DNA of 64,000 nucleotides, from NCBI RefSeq assembly GCF_004010195.1, contig NC_057710.1:78365960-78429959 (forward strand). The letters run 5' to 3'. The notes under the pieces are model-generated. The model saw nothing but the letters and a program-made list of their open reading frames with translations. It was not told the DNA's origin and ran no database searches. This document shows positions 46,983 through 59,944 of this stretch, piece after piece. The stretch's first letter is position 1, and each line of letters starts with the position of its first letter. The translations under genes and the position numbers were made by a program. This DNA comes from Chiloscyllium plagiosum. Its lineage: Eukaryota.

Positions 46983-49009
46983 AGACTGTATCTATAAACA
47001 GGTCCTTAATTTATTAACTTGAAGTTTGAATAATTCAATTTTACAGATTCCATATTCAAGTTTACATCTGAATCCCATCTTCATTGTTATCTCTTATACA
47101 AAGACAGTGACATCTTATGGATGTTTGAGACAACTGTTGTAATAGGAACAATCACTGCTTATCAAACAAAGCACATACAAATCAGTGCAGCTTTATCATT
47201 CTGAGAGGAATTGTTACATATTCAATAGCAGTTTATTTTGAATCATTGTACAGGAGAATGATTATAAATTGTAGTTCATTTCTGATAGTCCTATGCTATG
47301 ACACTTCATTCAAGCATATCTATTCTGTGCATTTTCAGCAACAATTATATGTTTTGCCTGGATGTTTGGACTGTTTGATTATGGGGCAGGTTGTAACGTA
47401 GCTTGGATGATAATGATAACTGGAACCATCAACTAACCTCCTGGAATTATATTCTAAGCTTTGCACTGTCACTATACTGACCCAATAATGACAGATTGGA
47501 GGAATGGAGGTCATGATAAAATACTATTAAGCCTTTGGAAGATTATATGGTGACACAAGCCTGGTTTTAAAAACAAAACTAAATTGCATAGAGGCACTTG
47601 ATTGCATCTAAGGAGCCAATATTTTGACTATGTTTTTAATTTTTCTTGCAGGAGAAATAGTAGACTAGATAACAATAAATATTCACCAGAAGGAAAGCCA
47701 TTGAAAAGAAAATATTTTTGGCATAACTGAAAGGTTTGGAAAATAACACAGAAACATTTTGAAAGTCATTGATTAATGTTGAAACATGTTAAAGAAAAGA
47801 AGAATCACACAAGGATAAAGTTCCATGAAAATCAGTATGAAATCATGATGGCTCCAGGAATATTTGTACTAATGTGGAAAATATTCAGACTGCCTTCCCG
47901 TACTCTAGCTGAAACAAAGGGCAGACAATTACTGTTCTAGTTTACTGTAGCTAAACATCAATGAAAACAATTCTATACCAATTAGGTTGCTACTCGTCCT
48001 TACAAATCTATTCGAGCTGGTGGAGTACATCAACTCTTGCTTACTGTTGCCAGATACAAATGGCTTAGTTTAATTTTGCTGCTCAGTACTATGTCTAGTA
48101 ATTGCTAACCAGAAACTCGAGTGAATAATGTGGCCCCAGGTAAGATAAAGGAGTCAAAAATAAGAGAGCTTGAAATGTAGTTGGATGGATGGATGTCTTA
48201 GAGGAATATGCTCAATGGGCTGAGCAACTTCAAGGGGTTCTGAAATAGATACAATTCTCACTGGTCATTTGTCAGAATATTCCCAGAGGCCTTTTTTCAT
48301 TGGCATTGCACTTTAACAGAGTATTAGCATTAATTGCCACTTTGAGAAATTAGAGGTATTTAAGGGAGTTTGGGAATCTGCTGTCTTCATGCACTGTACA
48401 TACAATGCACTAATCCTGCTCCAAATGAAATGGGAATTAAAGCACAGCCAGGCTGTCAAGTGTTGGAATCTGGAAGCATATCGACAGCTGCATCTACTGT
48501 TTCCTTTCGTCAGCAGGTAACTCACAGGGAAAGCAATTGCTTTCATTGCTTGTTAACAATTGATTCCCTGAAGGGGGATGAGTAAGAACAAGAAGGGTAA
48601 CCTGGGCATTCAAGAAAGGACATACTGTCCAAACATGATATCCTGCCATCTACTGTGTTTACTGGTGCAGGCATACCAACCTGGCAGACTGAGGAGGAAT
48701 GTTTGCAGAGGGTCAGGCTGTGTGGGGAAGTTCTCTTCTGCCATGATCAAGAAAGCATATAATCCTTCAACCAACTATGAAGGCAGCAATGGCTCTCAAT
48801 ATTTAGAGCTTTGATCTGCTTTCAGGGTAATGCTGGAATCATCAACTTTAACAAACAAGCTGATGTCAATAAAAAGAAATGTTCAATGTTCTATTTGGCA
48901 CACTTAAAATCCAATTTCGTTTTCATTGATCAGCAGTTCTCTACTGTTGCGTAATTTCACTACACTGCTATACATTATTTTACCATGGTTCAAAGAGGTG
49001 AATGCGCCT

Positions 49010-49878
49010 GTTATAGAGTCAAAGAGTCATACAGCATGGAAAGAGACCTCCAGTCCAATCGGTCCATGCCGACCACAATCCCAAACTAAACTAGCCCTGT
49101 TTGCCCCATATTCCTCCAAACATTTCTTATTCATGAATTTATCTAAATGTCTTTTAAATATTGTAACTGTACTTGCATCCACCACTTCCTCTGGAAGTTC
49201 ATTCCACGGACAATAAACCGTGTTAAAAAAAAAATTATCTCCATGTCTTTTATGGGTCTTTCTCATCTTGAAATCTTCTATCCTGGGGAAAAGACAGTTA
49301 CCATTAACTCTATCTATACCCCTCATTATTTTTATAAATTTCTATAAATCCCCACCCTGGGGAAAAGACACCTGCCATTCACCTTATCTTTGTCCCTCAT
49401 AATTTTATAAACCTCTATAAAGTTACTGCTCAGCCTCCTACACTCCAGTAAAAAATGTCCCAGCTTATTCAGCCTCTTCTTATAGCTCAAACCCTCCATT
49501 CCAGCAACATCCTGGTCAATTTCTTCTGAATTCTCTCCAGCTTTAATAATATTCTTGCTATATCAGGGCACCCAAAATTGCACACAATATTCCAGAAGAG
49601 ACCTCACCAACCTGACGTCCCAACTCCTATTCTCAAAGGTCTGAGCAATGAAGGTAAGCATGCTACACATCTTCTTAATCACCCTGACTATATGTGATGC
49701 AAACTTCAAAGAATTATGTGCCTGATCCCCAGGTCTCTCTGTTCTTCAACATTATCCAAGGCCTTTGAATTTTATAAGTCCTGCCTTGTTTGTTTTATCA
49801 AAATGCAATACTTTGCATTTATCCAAATTAAACTCCATCTGCCACCCTTCACCCCATTAACCCAACTGATCAGGATCA
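49010..49878 (-). mobile_element. HER1/CR1 LINE 3' portion (composite of two copies)
   Basis: RGIDRVNGNCLFPR..WNELPEEVVDAST..FKRHLDKFM. The segment at 49282-49348 is repeated in diverged form at ~49356-49420. Confidence 0.88.
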
Positions 49879-49984
49879 ATGTTGAAAGAGCAATGTAAAG
49901 AATGTGAAACAAGTTTGCTCAAAGTTCATTTGTTGATTGTAATTTCTAGAGTTTGGATTGTTGGTGAGAGCCTGCTTAGAATAT

Positions 49985-50392
49985 TCAACCTGGAAATTCA
50001 AACTGGAAATTTGGGATTAATGATAAAAGAAAATTGCAGCACAGGAAGAGACTACTTAGACATCATGTCTGCACTATCTAAATAAATCAGGCATTGTTTC
50101 TCATTCAATTTGCCAGCAGTTGGCCTGTAACTTGAAGGTAATAGCATTTTAGATACAGATCCAGGTTCCTTTTTAAATGAGTTGAGCGTTTCCACCTTAA
50201 CCATCAAACTGGTCAATGAATTCCAGATACCCATCATGCTCTGGGCTTCTCATGTCTCATCTTCTACCTTACACCTTGATTCTGTGTCTCTTGGTAATTG
50301 ACATTTCTGGTAAGATAAGTAGGCCATTCCTCTTGGCTCTATCCAAACCCCTCATTATTTTATACACCTCAGATAAGTCACCCCTCAGCCAT
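49985..50392 (-). mobile_element. Older CR1 3' fragment
   Basis: GIWNSLTSLMVKVETLNSFKK, and ACCCCTCATTATTTTATACACCTCAGATAAGTCACCCCTCAG. Confidence 0.7.
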
Positions 50393-50394
50393 TT

Positions 50395-50855
50395 TCTTAA
50401 TTCATGGGATGTGGCATCACTGGCTGGGTCAGCATTTATAGCCTATTGCTAGTTGCCTTTGAGAAGGTGCTGATCAGCTTCCTTAAAACACTGCAGTCCA
50501 TTTGGTAGGTAGACATATAATGCCATTAGGAAGGAAGTTCTCAGATTTTGACCCAACAACAAGTGAAGGAACTAAGTCAGATTCTAGGTCAGGATGGTAA
50601 ATATCTTTGTGGGGGTCCCTTGTTCCAATGCATCTTCCAAACCCATGCCTTTGTCCTTTGAGATAGTAGAGGCCATGGGTTTGGAAGATGCTGTTGGAGA
50701 AGCCTTGATGAATGTTTGTAGTGCATCTTGTGAACATACACATTGCTGCTACTGAGAGGTGGTGATGAGGATAGTGAATATTTGGGGATGTGGTGCCAAT
50801 GAAATAGGTTGCTTTCTCCTGCATGGTGTCAAGCTACTTCAGTGTTGGCACAGTT
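50395..50855 (-). mobile_element. CR1/L2-group LINE 3' end (family of 42940-43965)
   Basis: Reverse-complement match to 43500-43960 (TTCATGGGATGTGGCATCACTGGCTGGGTCAGCATTTA..). Confidence 0.8.
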
Positions 50856-51880
50856 GTATTCATTCTCCTTTCTTATAGGAATAGAGGAACAGGAGAAGGC
50901 CATTCAGTTCATCAAGCCTGCTCGATTATTTAGTATGACCTTAGCTGATTGAGCAGTTCAAGGCATTTTACATACACTATCCCCATAACACTTTACATCA
51001 TTGATAATCTTAAATCCATCAATCACTACTTTGAATGTATTCAAAGACTAAGCTTCCACAGCCCTCTGGGGTACAGTATTCTAAAATTCCTCTGCTTAAA
51101 TAAACGATTTCATCTTAAACATAAATGACATTCCCCTTATTTTAAAATTATGCCCCGGTTCTCGAATCTCCAACCAGGGGAAACATCTTATCTCCATCTA
51201 TCCCTTAAAATATTATGTGTTTTTCAGTGTGATCTCCTCTCATTCTTATCTCTGGACAAACAGGTCCAGTTTGCTCGATCTGTCTTCATGGAAGTGTTCC
51301 ACTAACCTGGGAACAAATCTTACAATCCTTCACTGTACTCCATCTGTGGCAATAATAACTTTAAGATACAGGGATAAAATCCACACATAGTTCTCTAGGT
51401 CAGATCTAACAAAGCCCCCACTCCTCCTGATGCTTAAATCTCTTGCGAAAAAGGCAAATGTTTCATTGAATTTTTCAATTGCTAGCTACACCTGTATATT
51501 AGCCTTTGGTAACTCATCGACAAGATTACACCAGTCCTTTTGTACACGTACACTTTCCAACTTCATACCATTTATGAAGTACTCTGCATATTTATTTCTC
51601 CTACCAAAGTGGATGATCTCACATTTTCTATGTTTTGTTACATTATGCTCTTGCTCAATCCCTAAACTTGTCGAAATCCCTTTGAAACTGCTTTATGTCT
51701 TTCTCATAATATACACAACCACTTAACTTTTTATCATCCAAAAATGTGGAAACATTGCTTTTGATCCCCACTTCCAAATCATTGATATATTTTGTGAATA
51801 ACTGGGATTCTACTGGTACCCCACTAATCACAGCCTGCCAATGGTAGAATTGCCCATTTATTTCTGCTTTCTGTTTTCTG

Positions 51881-51943
51881 TCTGTTAGCCATACAATCTG
51901 TTAGCCATACAATCTGTTAGCCATACAATCTGTTAGTCATCAA
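51881..51943. repeat. 16-bp tandem repeat (TCTGTTAGCCATACAA) x ~4
   Basis: Three exact units at 51881-51928 plus a degenerate fourth. Confidence 0.9.
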
Positions 51944-52827
51944 TGTTGGTTCATTGCCACATATCCCTTGTGCTTTAATTTTGCTAACTGAAATCCTGTG
52001 AGGGGACTTTATTGAAAGCTTTCTGGCAATCCAAGAATACTATTTCTATCAAATCCACTTTATCAATTTATTTAGTAACATCCTCAAAAAAACTCCAAAA
52101 AACCAAATACAATTGTGCATTCACAAACCCATACTGACTGTGCCCAATCAGATTATTTTTTGTCCAAATGTTCATTTACCACATGCTTTATGGTAAATGC
52201 TAGCACTCTCCACACTACTGATGTAAGGCTGGAGGATTTCTCCTTTGCTCCTTTCTTAAATAGTATGGTAACATTAGATTCTAATCTGCAGGAATCATTC
52301 CAGAATCTGTGGAAATTTAGAAAGTGATACATTAACTATCTCTGCAGCCATCTACTTTAACATGCTGGGATGTAGATCATCAAAACCTGATCAATTAGTA
52401 CTTTTCATCTCTGCAGAGTTTTCCTTCTTACTAATTTCCTTAAACTCCTCATTCTCCGTGGATCCTTTATTCTCTACATTGGGAGATTTTTGGCATCTTT
52501 CTCAGTGAAAACAAAATAATAACTTTCAATTCCATTACATTTTCCATTACAATCATTTTAATGATGCTACTTTCCTTCAAATACTCATTCTCTGGAGCCA
52601 TTTGGATCTTTAATTCTGGGAGATTTCATCCTCATTTGCTTTAACACTGATGATTTATTGACTTTTAATCCCTCTTGTACTTCTCTTTTGATTATGCTTA
52701 TTTTATCAAATACTTTGCACTCTTCTTCGTCAGCTAGAATGGCTGTACCATTCCTCCTCTTTGTGAAAATAGAGACAAATCTTCCCATATCTTCCCAAAT
52801 TTGCCCATATCTTCTGCATCTACACAC

Positions 52828-53240
52828 TTAGAGTCATACAACTTGGAAAAACACCCTTCAATCCAACCAGTCCATGCCAAATATAATCCCAAACTAAACT
52901 AGTCCAATCTGCTTGCTTCTGGTCCATATTCTTCCAAACCTTCCCTATTCATGTACTTATCCAAGTGTCTTTTAAATATTGTAATTTTACCTGCATTCCC
53001 CACTTCCTCAGGAAGTTCATTCCACATGTGAACTACTCTCTGTGTAAAGTATTTGCCCTCATGACTTTTTTTAAATCACTCTCCACTCACCTTAAAAAAT
53101 TGCCCCATAGTCTTGATATCCCCCATTCAAGGGAAAAGACAACTACCATTAACTCTATCTATACCCCTCATTATTTTGTAAACTTCTATAAGGTCACCTC
53201 TCAACCTGCTACATTCCAGCCTATCCTGACTTCCCTCCTA
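52828..53240 (-). mobile_element. HER1/CR1 3' fragment nested in the older CR1
   Basis: Closely similar to 14321-14725 (CCAACCAGTCCATGC..CCCAAACTAAACTAGTCC..). Confidence 0.88.
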
Positions 53241-55329
53241 ACCCACATCTTCCATAGATCTCACTTTTATGAAATGTCAAATGCTTTCCTTAATCATCCA
53301 TTTTATAATGTCTTATAAAACAATTTTGGAATTTCCTTAATTTTATTTGTGTTTTTTAAAATTCTTTCTCTGCTTTCTTTATTTTTTCCATTTCATTCGT
53401 CTACTTTCTCCACTCCTCTTTATTATTCATTATTTTGAGATATCCACGAGTTCTATTTTTCTACCTTAACTTCCCCATTATTCTCCTGGACAACCAGAGA
53501 GCTCTAGATTTGGCAGTGCCATCCTTTTCATTTCTGGAGAATTATCTACACTGTGGTTGCAGAATTTTGTCTTGAAAGGCTCCCATTGATTTGCCACTGA
53601 CTTTCCTTCAAGTAGCTCCAACCAGTCCACCAGTAAATAAGAAAATATCACAAAAATAATTCAGTTGCAAATTATGTTGTTTCAATTCACCTTCGTGGAA
53701 AATAACAAAATCCTCATCAGTTAGGCCATTTGCGTATTGGGGAACATAAATGATTGTTCAAATCAGAGAACTGAAACACTCTGAGCAACCAAATGGAAAA
53801 ACAAATGAATAATTTAACAAACCTGGAGTCGTTACTTCTGAGATTTAGTTGGCATTTGATGTGACCGTGGGGTTAACAACACTCAAGACTACTTTTAGCA
53901 GATACGTCTAGCATCTCGGACAAAATGCAATCATCAATTGTGACCTTATCAAATCGAAAGTGCAACATTTTTTCAGTGTTATGCTAATAACAAGAGTTGG
54001 AGTTTAGAAGATACATAAAATGATGGTTTAACAGAAAGCTGAAGAGTCTGTTGCATTGAATTAAACAAAAAATATACAGAAAATGTGTGCCATATTTCAA
54101 TTTAGATGTTAACAAAACTAAAATTACAGATAAATATGCATGTCAAATTGAGACATTTGCCCATGCTGTAAACAAAAATTGTTTCAACACAGAGAGTTTC
54201 ATGATTAGAGCCCTGCCTCTTTTAAAAATAAGAAGGGATAAGGAAGGGGCAATTTTAGCTTAGCTAACCTGCTGAGGACAGGGGGTGCGAGTAGACAATG
54301 GGCAATCCAAAACGTGGATCTTCCCTAGCTGCAAGATGTAGCCTTTCAACAAGTTTCCCATCAGCTACTGCCCAAATGAACAGCAAGTCAGAAAAGGTCA
54401 CAGGGACACAAATCCGATGGTGGTGAAAGTAGGAGTAAAGGCCTCCACGTGCAATTGGATGCCCGGTGTGAGACATGCTGTGGTGTTTAAAGACTTTTCA
54501 GAGTAAGACAGGAATTGGATTGGGTGCCCAATTTTGGTGAAAGTAGAGACCTCTAGAGGGTCAGATGTCTCTCACTAGTTTGAGGTTGTTGGAAGAATGA
54601 AGAATGGACAAGGGGAGGGAAATGGAGGCTGTCAGAATAGGCAAGGTCCAAGGACATGTCAGAGAAGTATCGAGAGTGGAGCAAAACCCTTGCTTGTGAG
54701 TTGTTGGAGATCTGGAGGGAGAGGGAGGCAGGAGAGAATTGGAAAAATCTATGAGGGGATTGGAGGTTGAGGTGGAGGCATGTTGTACACCTTGGAGGAA
54801 GATTGAAAAGGTTGAGAAGGAGAGGCTGTTATCCAATTACAGGGAAGCATGTCAGTAATTCCAGAATTTAAACTGGAAAGGCACTGTTCTTGATGCAATA
54901 ATCTCTCTCCTGGGTTTGACTGCAAGGTTTCAAGATCTACCAATTGAAGGAAGTTGTCCTTGTAAAGTTTGAACTTGTAAAAGGCTGGATTTAATTTCAC
55001 AGTGATCTGAATTTTATTTCCTCCAAACCTGCAACACACTTGTTTACAAGTGCTCCTCTACAGACTAAACTTTTGCGTCTTCTGGAACTCTGCAATGCTA
55101 TTTGATGGAATATGAACTGAGGAATGTCTCACTTACAGTGAGTATGATTTCCATGTGTGTGTAGCAGCAGATGAAATGGCGACTTTACTACTGAGAGCAT
55201 CTCAGCCTAGCAACAGGGCTTTCTGGCTACTGGCACTTTCCAAATTTTTTTTAACACATTGAAATGATTTCTATCTACTGATTACTTGTTAATAAATTTA
55301 CTATCATGCCTTGGATGTAAACGATTGCC

Positions 55330-55580
55330 AAGGCATTTTTGCTAAGAGAAGTAGGGCAGTTCCCTCTGGTGACCTGGTCGATGTTTATCTCTCCGTTAAT
55401 GTCACAGAAGCAGATTTTTTGATCATTAGCATGTTGTGGGACTTTGATGTACACTAACTGGATTCAGTGCTTCCCACATTACAGCAGAATTTTATTTTCC
55501 AAAGTAGATTGATTAAAAATGCCTTGCGATATCTGTTGGTCATTAAAAGCTTACGTAAGTGCAAGTCTGTATTTCTTGAC
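55330..55580 (+). mobile_element. Deu-domain SINE (SacSINE1/AmnSINE1-like) 3' half
   Basis: GGCAGTTCCCTCTGGTGACCTGGTCGATGTTTATC..CAGATTTTTTGATCATT..TGTGGGACTTTG..TTCCCACATTACAGCAG resembles the recalled Deu domain. Confidence 0.65.
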
Positions 55581-55737
55581 TGCAATTCCTAATAGTACCA
55601 TATGGATTTTCTTTTCTCACATAATGCCAGTTGATGAGCAAGAAGCAGCAGTAAACCTTAAATCAGTGACAAACCGCAAATATTCCTCAAGTAACTGTGT
55701 TTTCAGCAACACTGCATCGACACAGCAATGATATGAA

Positions 55738-56285
55738 GTAGATTTACATTTAAATGGCACCTTTCCCAAACACCTGATCTTGCAAAGAACTTTACAGCCA
55801 ATAAAGTGATTTTTTTTTAAGCATAGTGTAATGTGGGAAGCTCAACAACCAATTTGCATCCTGCAAGGCTTCGCAAATAGTCATGTGATCATGGCTGAAA
55901 ATGTGTTGCTGGAAAAGCGCAGCAGGTCAGGCAGCATCCAAGGAGCAGGAGAATTGATGTTTCGGGCATGAGCCCTTCTTCATGATATGTGATCATGACC
56001 AAGTAATCTGTCATGATGTCAGTGGAGGGATGAATATTGGCCAACACACCAGGATAATTCTGCTGGCTTTTGAAGTAGTGCAATGGAATCTTTTATATCC
56101 ACTTAAGAGGTTAGGCAGGTGTCATTTCAAAGTCTCATCCAAAAGGTGACTCTTTCAACAATCTGGCATTCCATTAGGACAGGATTGTATATTTCTGAGC
56201 CTGAACTGTTGTGTTTAAACCCGAGAGAGCAACTTGAATGCACAACCTTCACTTGCAGTGGTGAGTACCACTGCTGACTGCTACC
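55738..56285 (-). mobile_element. Deu-domain SINE, near full length, containing a PLE insertion
   Basis: Reverse complement of a Deu SINE (TGTAATGTGGGAAG..CCAATTTGCA..GAGGGATGAATATTGGCCAACACACCAGG..TCTCATCCAAAAG). Confidence 0.7.
55894..55986 (-). mobile_element. Short PLE family A HHR+tail insertion
   Basis: 11-bp TSD ATGTGATCATG (55883-55893, 55987-55997). Minus strand starts ATCaTGAAGA-A-GGGC TCAT GCCC-GAAAC-aTC. Confidence 0.9.
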
Positions 56286-56672
56286 AATTAAAGCAAACTA
56301 AGCAACTGCAGTAGGAAGGCAGTGTCAGCTAATTCTACACCAATTTGCTGTCTCTTTGGATATTACCATTGAAAAAAAAAGCCCAGGAGCAGAGTGACCT
56401 TCTGCCTGGGACTCAGAAGATGACACTCAATTTTTGTGTCAGATAGTCACTTCTACAGAAGCACCAGCCATACAAACAGGCCACTTCAAGCAAGTAAAAA
56501 CAGTCCTAGATATTGCATGCTCTGACAAGCTACACTGTGAGGGAGGTCCAGTAGGAGATTGGCAGATATCAATCCCAATGTGAATTGTACATATATGTTC
56601 CACATGTAATCATACAATGTAGAAAGGCAGCAAGATTCTACACCCACCTTAAGTTGACGCAATTCAAGGTCG

Positions 56673-56707
56673 TTCCTGATGAAGGGCTTACGCCCGAAAC
56701 GTCGATT
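56673..56707 (+). ncRNA. Minimal type I hammerhead ribozyme motif, canonical core
   Basis: TTC-CTGATGA-A-GGGC TTAC GCCC-GAAAC-GTC-GATT; predicted cut after 56703. Confidence 0.88.
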
Positions 56708-56784
56708 TCCCTGCTCCTCGGATGCTGCCTTTCCAGCACCATACTCTTGACTCTGATCTCCAGCATCGGCAGTCCTCACTTTCT
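56673..56784 (+). mobile_element. 112-bp PLE family A HHR+tail insertion
   Basis: Perfect 14-bp TSD GCAATTCAAGGTCG (56659-56672, 56785-56798). The insertion begins at the HHR 5' arm. Confidence 0.93.
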
Positions 56785-57520
56785 GCAATTCAAGGTCGGT
56801 ATGATTTATAAAACATCCACATCTGAAAGCGTTCAGACTCTGCAGGCAGCGAGAACTGGTGCCAATAGGAAAAAGTGACCATTCACCTGCAAGGCTATCT
56901 GTAAAATCTTTATGTAACTCCCGAACTCCATCTCCCCTTGAAAACCCCCACTTGGCACTCACCTCTGTTGCATGGTGATCTTCTAATGTGCTCCTTTCAC
57001 TCAACACCCACTCCTTCCTCTTCTCAGTTCACAAAGAGGCCATTCCAAAAACAAAGACAAAATATGGTTTAGTATTGACTCCCTGCAGGTGTTCCTTCCA
57101 GCTGCCTAGGGAAAATGGGATGTTCTTTTCCCCAGAGCTGAGAATAGGAGACATCCTACTTTATCAAGGCAGCCTATATGGAGATCCTGAACACCAGTGG
57201 TATCCAGTGCCACCAATCGATGAACTAACCTTCTCAATGCAGTCAGTGTGAGTGGCAATGTGGCGTCGCATCAAAGGGTTTTTCCTGAGAGTATTAAGCC
57301 AGAGACATTTGCAAATGAGGAAAAAAGGCTCATTTTCACTATCATATGGCAAACGTAGTGCATGATAAGGTAATGGGATACCATTATATGGCAAAGATAA
57401 AGCATGGGCATGCAAGTGGGCAAGGGAGGTAGGTGTCTCTTCATGTGTTAATATCACATCAATTTGTCAAACAGAATAAAGAGACAGCCAATGCTAAGGA
57501 TGGGGCCAAGGCTGGTGGAA

Positions 57521-58251
57521 GAATGTGTGTTGCTGGAAAAGCACAGCATGTCAGGCAGCACCCGAGGAGCAGGAAAATTGATGTTTCGGGCTGGAGCCCT
57601 TCATCAGGAATGATGCTGGGAGCTACATTGGGAGACTGAACTCCTCTATATTGGTGAGACTAGACACCTTCTCGCAGAACATTTTAGAGAACATCTCCAG
57701 GACATCCGCACCAATCAACCACACCACCTCGCGGCCGAACATTTCAACTCCTCCTCCCACTCTGCCAAGAACATGCAGGTCCTGGGCTTCCTCCATCACC
57801 ACTCCCTCGCCACCCAATGTCTGGAGGAAGAATGCCTCATCTTCCGTCTCGGGACCCTTTAACCCCATGGCATCAATGTGGACTTCACACAGTTTCCTCA
57901 TTTTTCCTCCCCCCACCTTATTCCAGTTCAAAACTCCCAGCTCAGCACCATCTTCATGACCTGTCCCACTTATGAATCTTCCTTCCCACCTATCTGCTCC
58001 ACCCTCTTTACCAACCTGTCACCTTTACCCCCCACCTCCATCCACCTATTGCACTCTCAGCTACCTTCTCCCCAGATCCACACCCCCTCCCATTTATCTC
58101 TCCATCCCCGAGGCTCCCAGACACATTCCTGATGAAGGGCTCTGGCCCAAAACATCAATTTTCCTGCTACTCAAATGCTGCCTGACCTGTTGTGTTTTTC
58201 TAACAACACATTCTCAACTCTGATCTCCGGCATCTGCAGTCCTCACTGTCT
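57521..58251 (+). mobile_element. PLE with inverted 5' terminal repeat, GIY-YIG fragment and 3' terminal repeat
   Basis: LLYIGETRHLLAEHFREHLQDIRTNQPHHLAAEHFNSSSHSAKNMQVLG..LEEECLIFRLG. HHR on - at ~57576-57612 and on + at ~58125-58160. TSD GCTG(G/A)TGGAA at 57511-57520 and 58252-58261. Confidence 0.92.
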
Positions 58252-59944
58252 GCTGATGGAAAAGTGGCTGAGCTGAGAGTAATCACTTTGGAGAAGGAGG
58301 CCTTAGAGTTTTCAGATAATAGGGAGGGCATTGCAGATAATAAGGTTGGACCAGTCAAACAGAAGAGTGGGTCATTAGCATGTTAAAATGCATATTTGTC
58401 TGTTAAGCTAAGTTGCACATTAATGTCTTTCTGTAAATCATTCTACCAGACTGAGAGGCTAAAGTGGATCGAGCTGTAAGATGATTCCAGTTCTGATAAA
58501 GATGAATGACAGCCAGAAGGTGCACCGCCATCTGCCTTTCCCTCAATCTACACCAGTATTGTTACACTCCGAGGCCTTTCCAAGGATCTGGGTTTAGAAC
58601 TGAAGGCCCATGCATATGATCACTTCACTGGCTTGAGTGTTACAGCAGTGCTTGTGTCATCGGGGGATGTCATCTCCTTTCACCTTACATGGAGAGCATC
58701 CACTCCTCTTGGTATAGTGAGGGGTTGAGGTTGTAGAGAGTGAGGCAGCTGGAGATGGAGGCTGGCAGAGATGGATGTACAACCCAGATGGCATAGGTTT
58801 ACAGATGACAGTCAGGCAGGTACATGATTCATGAGTAAAATGAGTGATGTTATCCTGGTCTGTCTCTGCATGGCCCTGGCACCTGAATTGGTGAATCGTG
58901 AAGCTGAATTCGTGCTTTTTAGACAGATGTCAACAGATTTTACAGACCTCTTTGTGAACGGATGCAGAGCTTATTAGATGACTTTTCAGATGTGGAGCTA
59001 ATAAGTGAACTCAGTGAATTGGTAATTTCAGTTAAAGTACTTTTCGGAAATATTTGCAAACTAAACTGAAGACTTATAGTATCAATGAGCTGCAGAAGGA
59101 CAGATTTAAATACAATCTAATCTTTACAAGTCAACAAACTCAACTGTTGACAAAATCACTCGAACACTCAGGTATAGCACGACATATTGAAGGGCCAAGA
59201 AAAAACGCATCTCAGTCATTTTTTTTAATGCATGTGGCATTAAATATCATTGGCAGAGGTAGTGCCCGAGAGTATAAAAACTGAGGACCATCCCAACCAA
59301 ACTACATCCAAGTAGTAACTTCCAGCTTCAATAAAGACCTTCTGATATCCTGCCAGAGGGAGAAACATGCAGTGATCAACAAACCAGAAGCTATGTGCAC
59401 AGCAGGAAAAAAAGTGGTGACTGCATGTTCACATTGTCAATTATATGGAAAATATCAATATCATCATAACATTTTAAGTGTTTGCAGAACTTCTAATTAA
59501 TTTGCCCTTCAGTAAACTGGAGGCTATTCATTATTGCCGAAGACTGACTCTTGGGCAAATTGGTGTGCTCACTCTGTGAATTCTAAAAAGCATGTATCCA
59601 CAGACATGGGGAGCTATGACAAAACCTATAAGTATAAGTCTTTCAGCATGTAATCATTCACCAATGAGTCAATTGTTTGTCCTAAACTTCAGTATTACCG
59701 ATAAAAGATGCAATTCATGAAGCTATTCCTCTTTCATCCACCAGGACAGTTCGGAAAAATAGCAAATCATGAGGAAAACCTGCAATTCTGCTCCATAACA
59801 GTTAAAGACCAAGTAATTAGCAAGTGATTGGTAGATATGTTACCACAGAGAATGCCCAAATTAATGACAATCGACGATTAACTGCCAGATTTTGTTTAAA
59901 TTTAAAATCATTCAAGTTGGCTCTGATTGGTCAAAGACATTGTC

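Larger units (their letters stand above)
50875..53632 (-). mobile_element. Long decayed CR1 LINE
   Basis: 3' end AGGAACAGGAGAAGGCCATTCAG; RT remnant IVFLDCQKAFNKVPS at ~52000-52045; many stops. Confidence 0.75.

Noticed and set aside
54480-55240. Purine-rich segment, possibly an old L2 fragment or Harbinger relic (also 58400-59000)
   Set aside because: Motifs are too eroded to assign to a family by eye.
56486-57007. 173-aa ORF on the minus strand
   Set aside because: It runs through a PLE HHR insertion and unrelated flanks, with no recognisable domain; a chance ORF.
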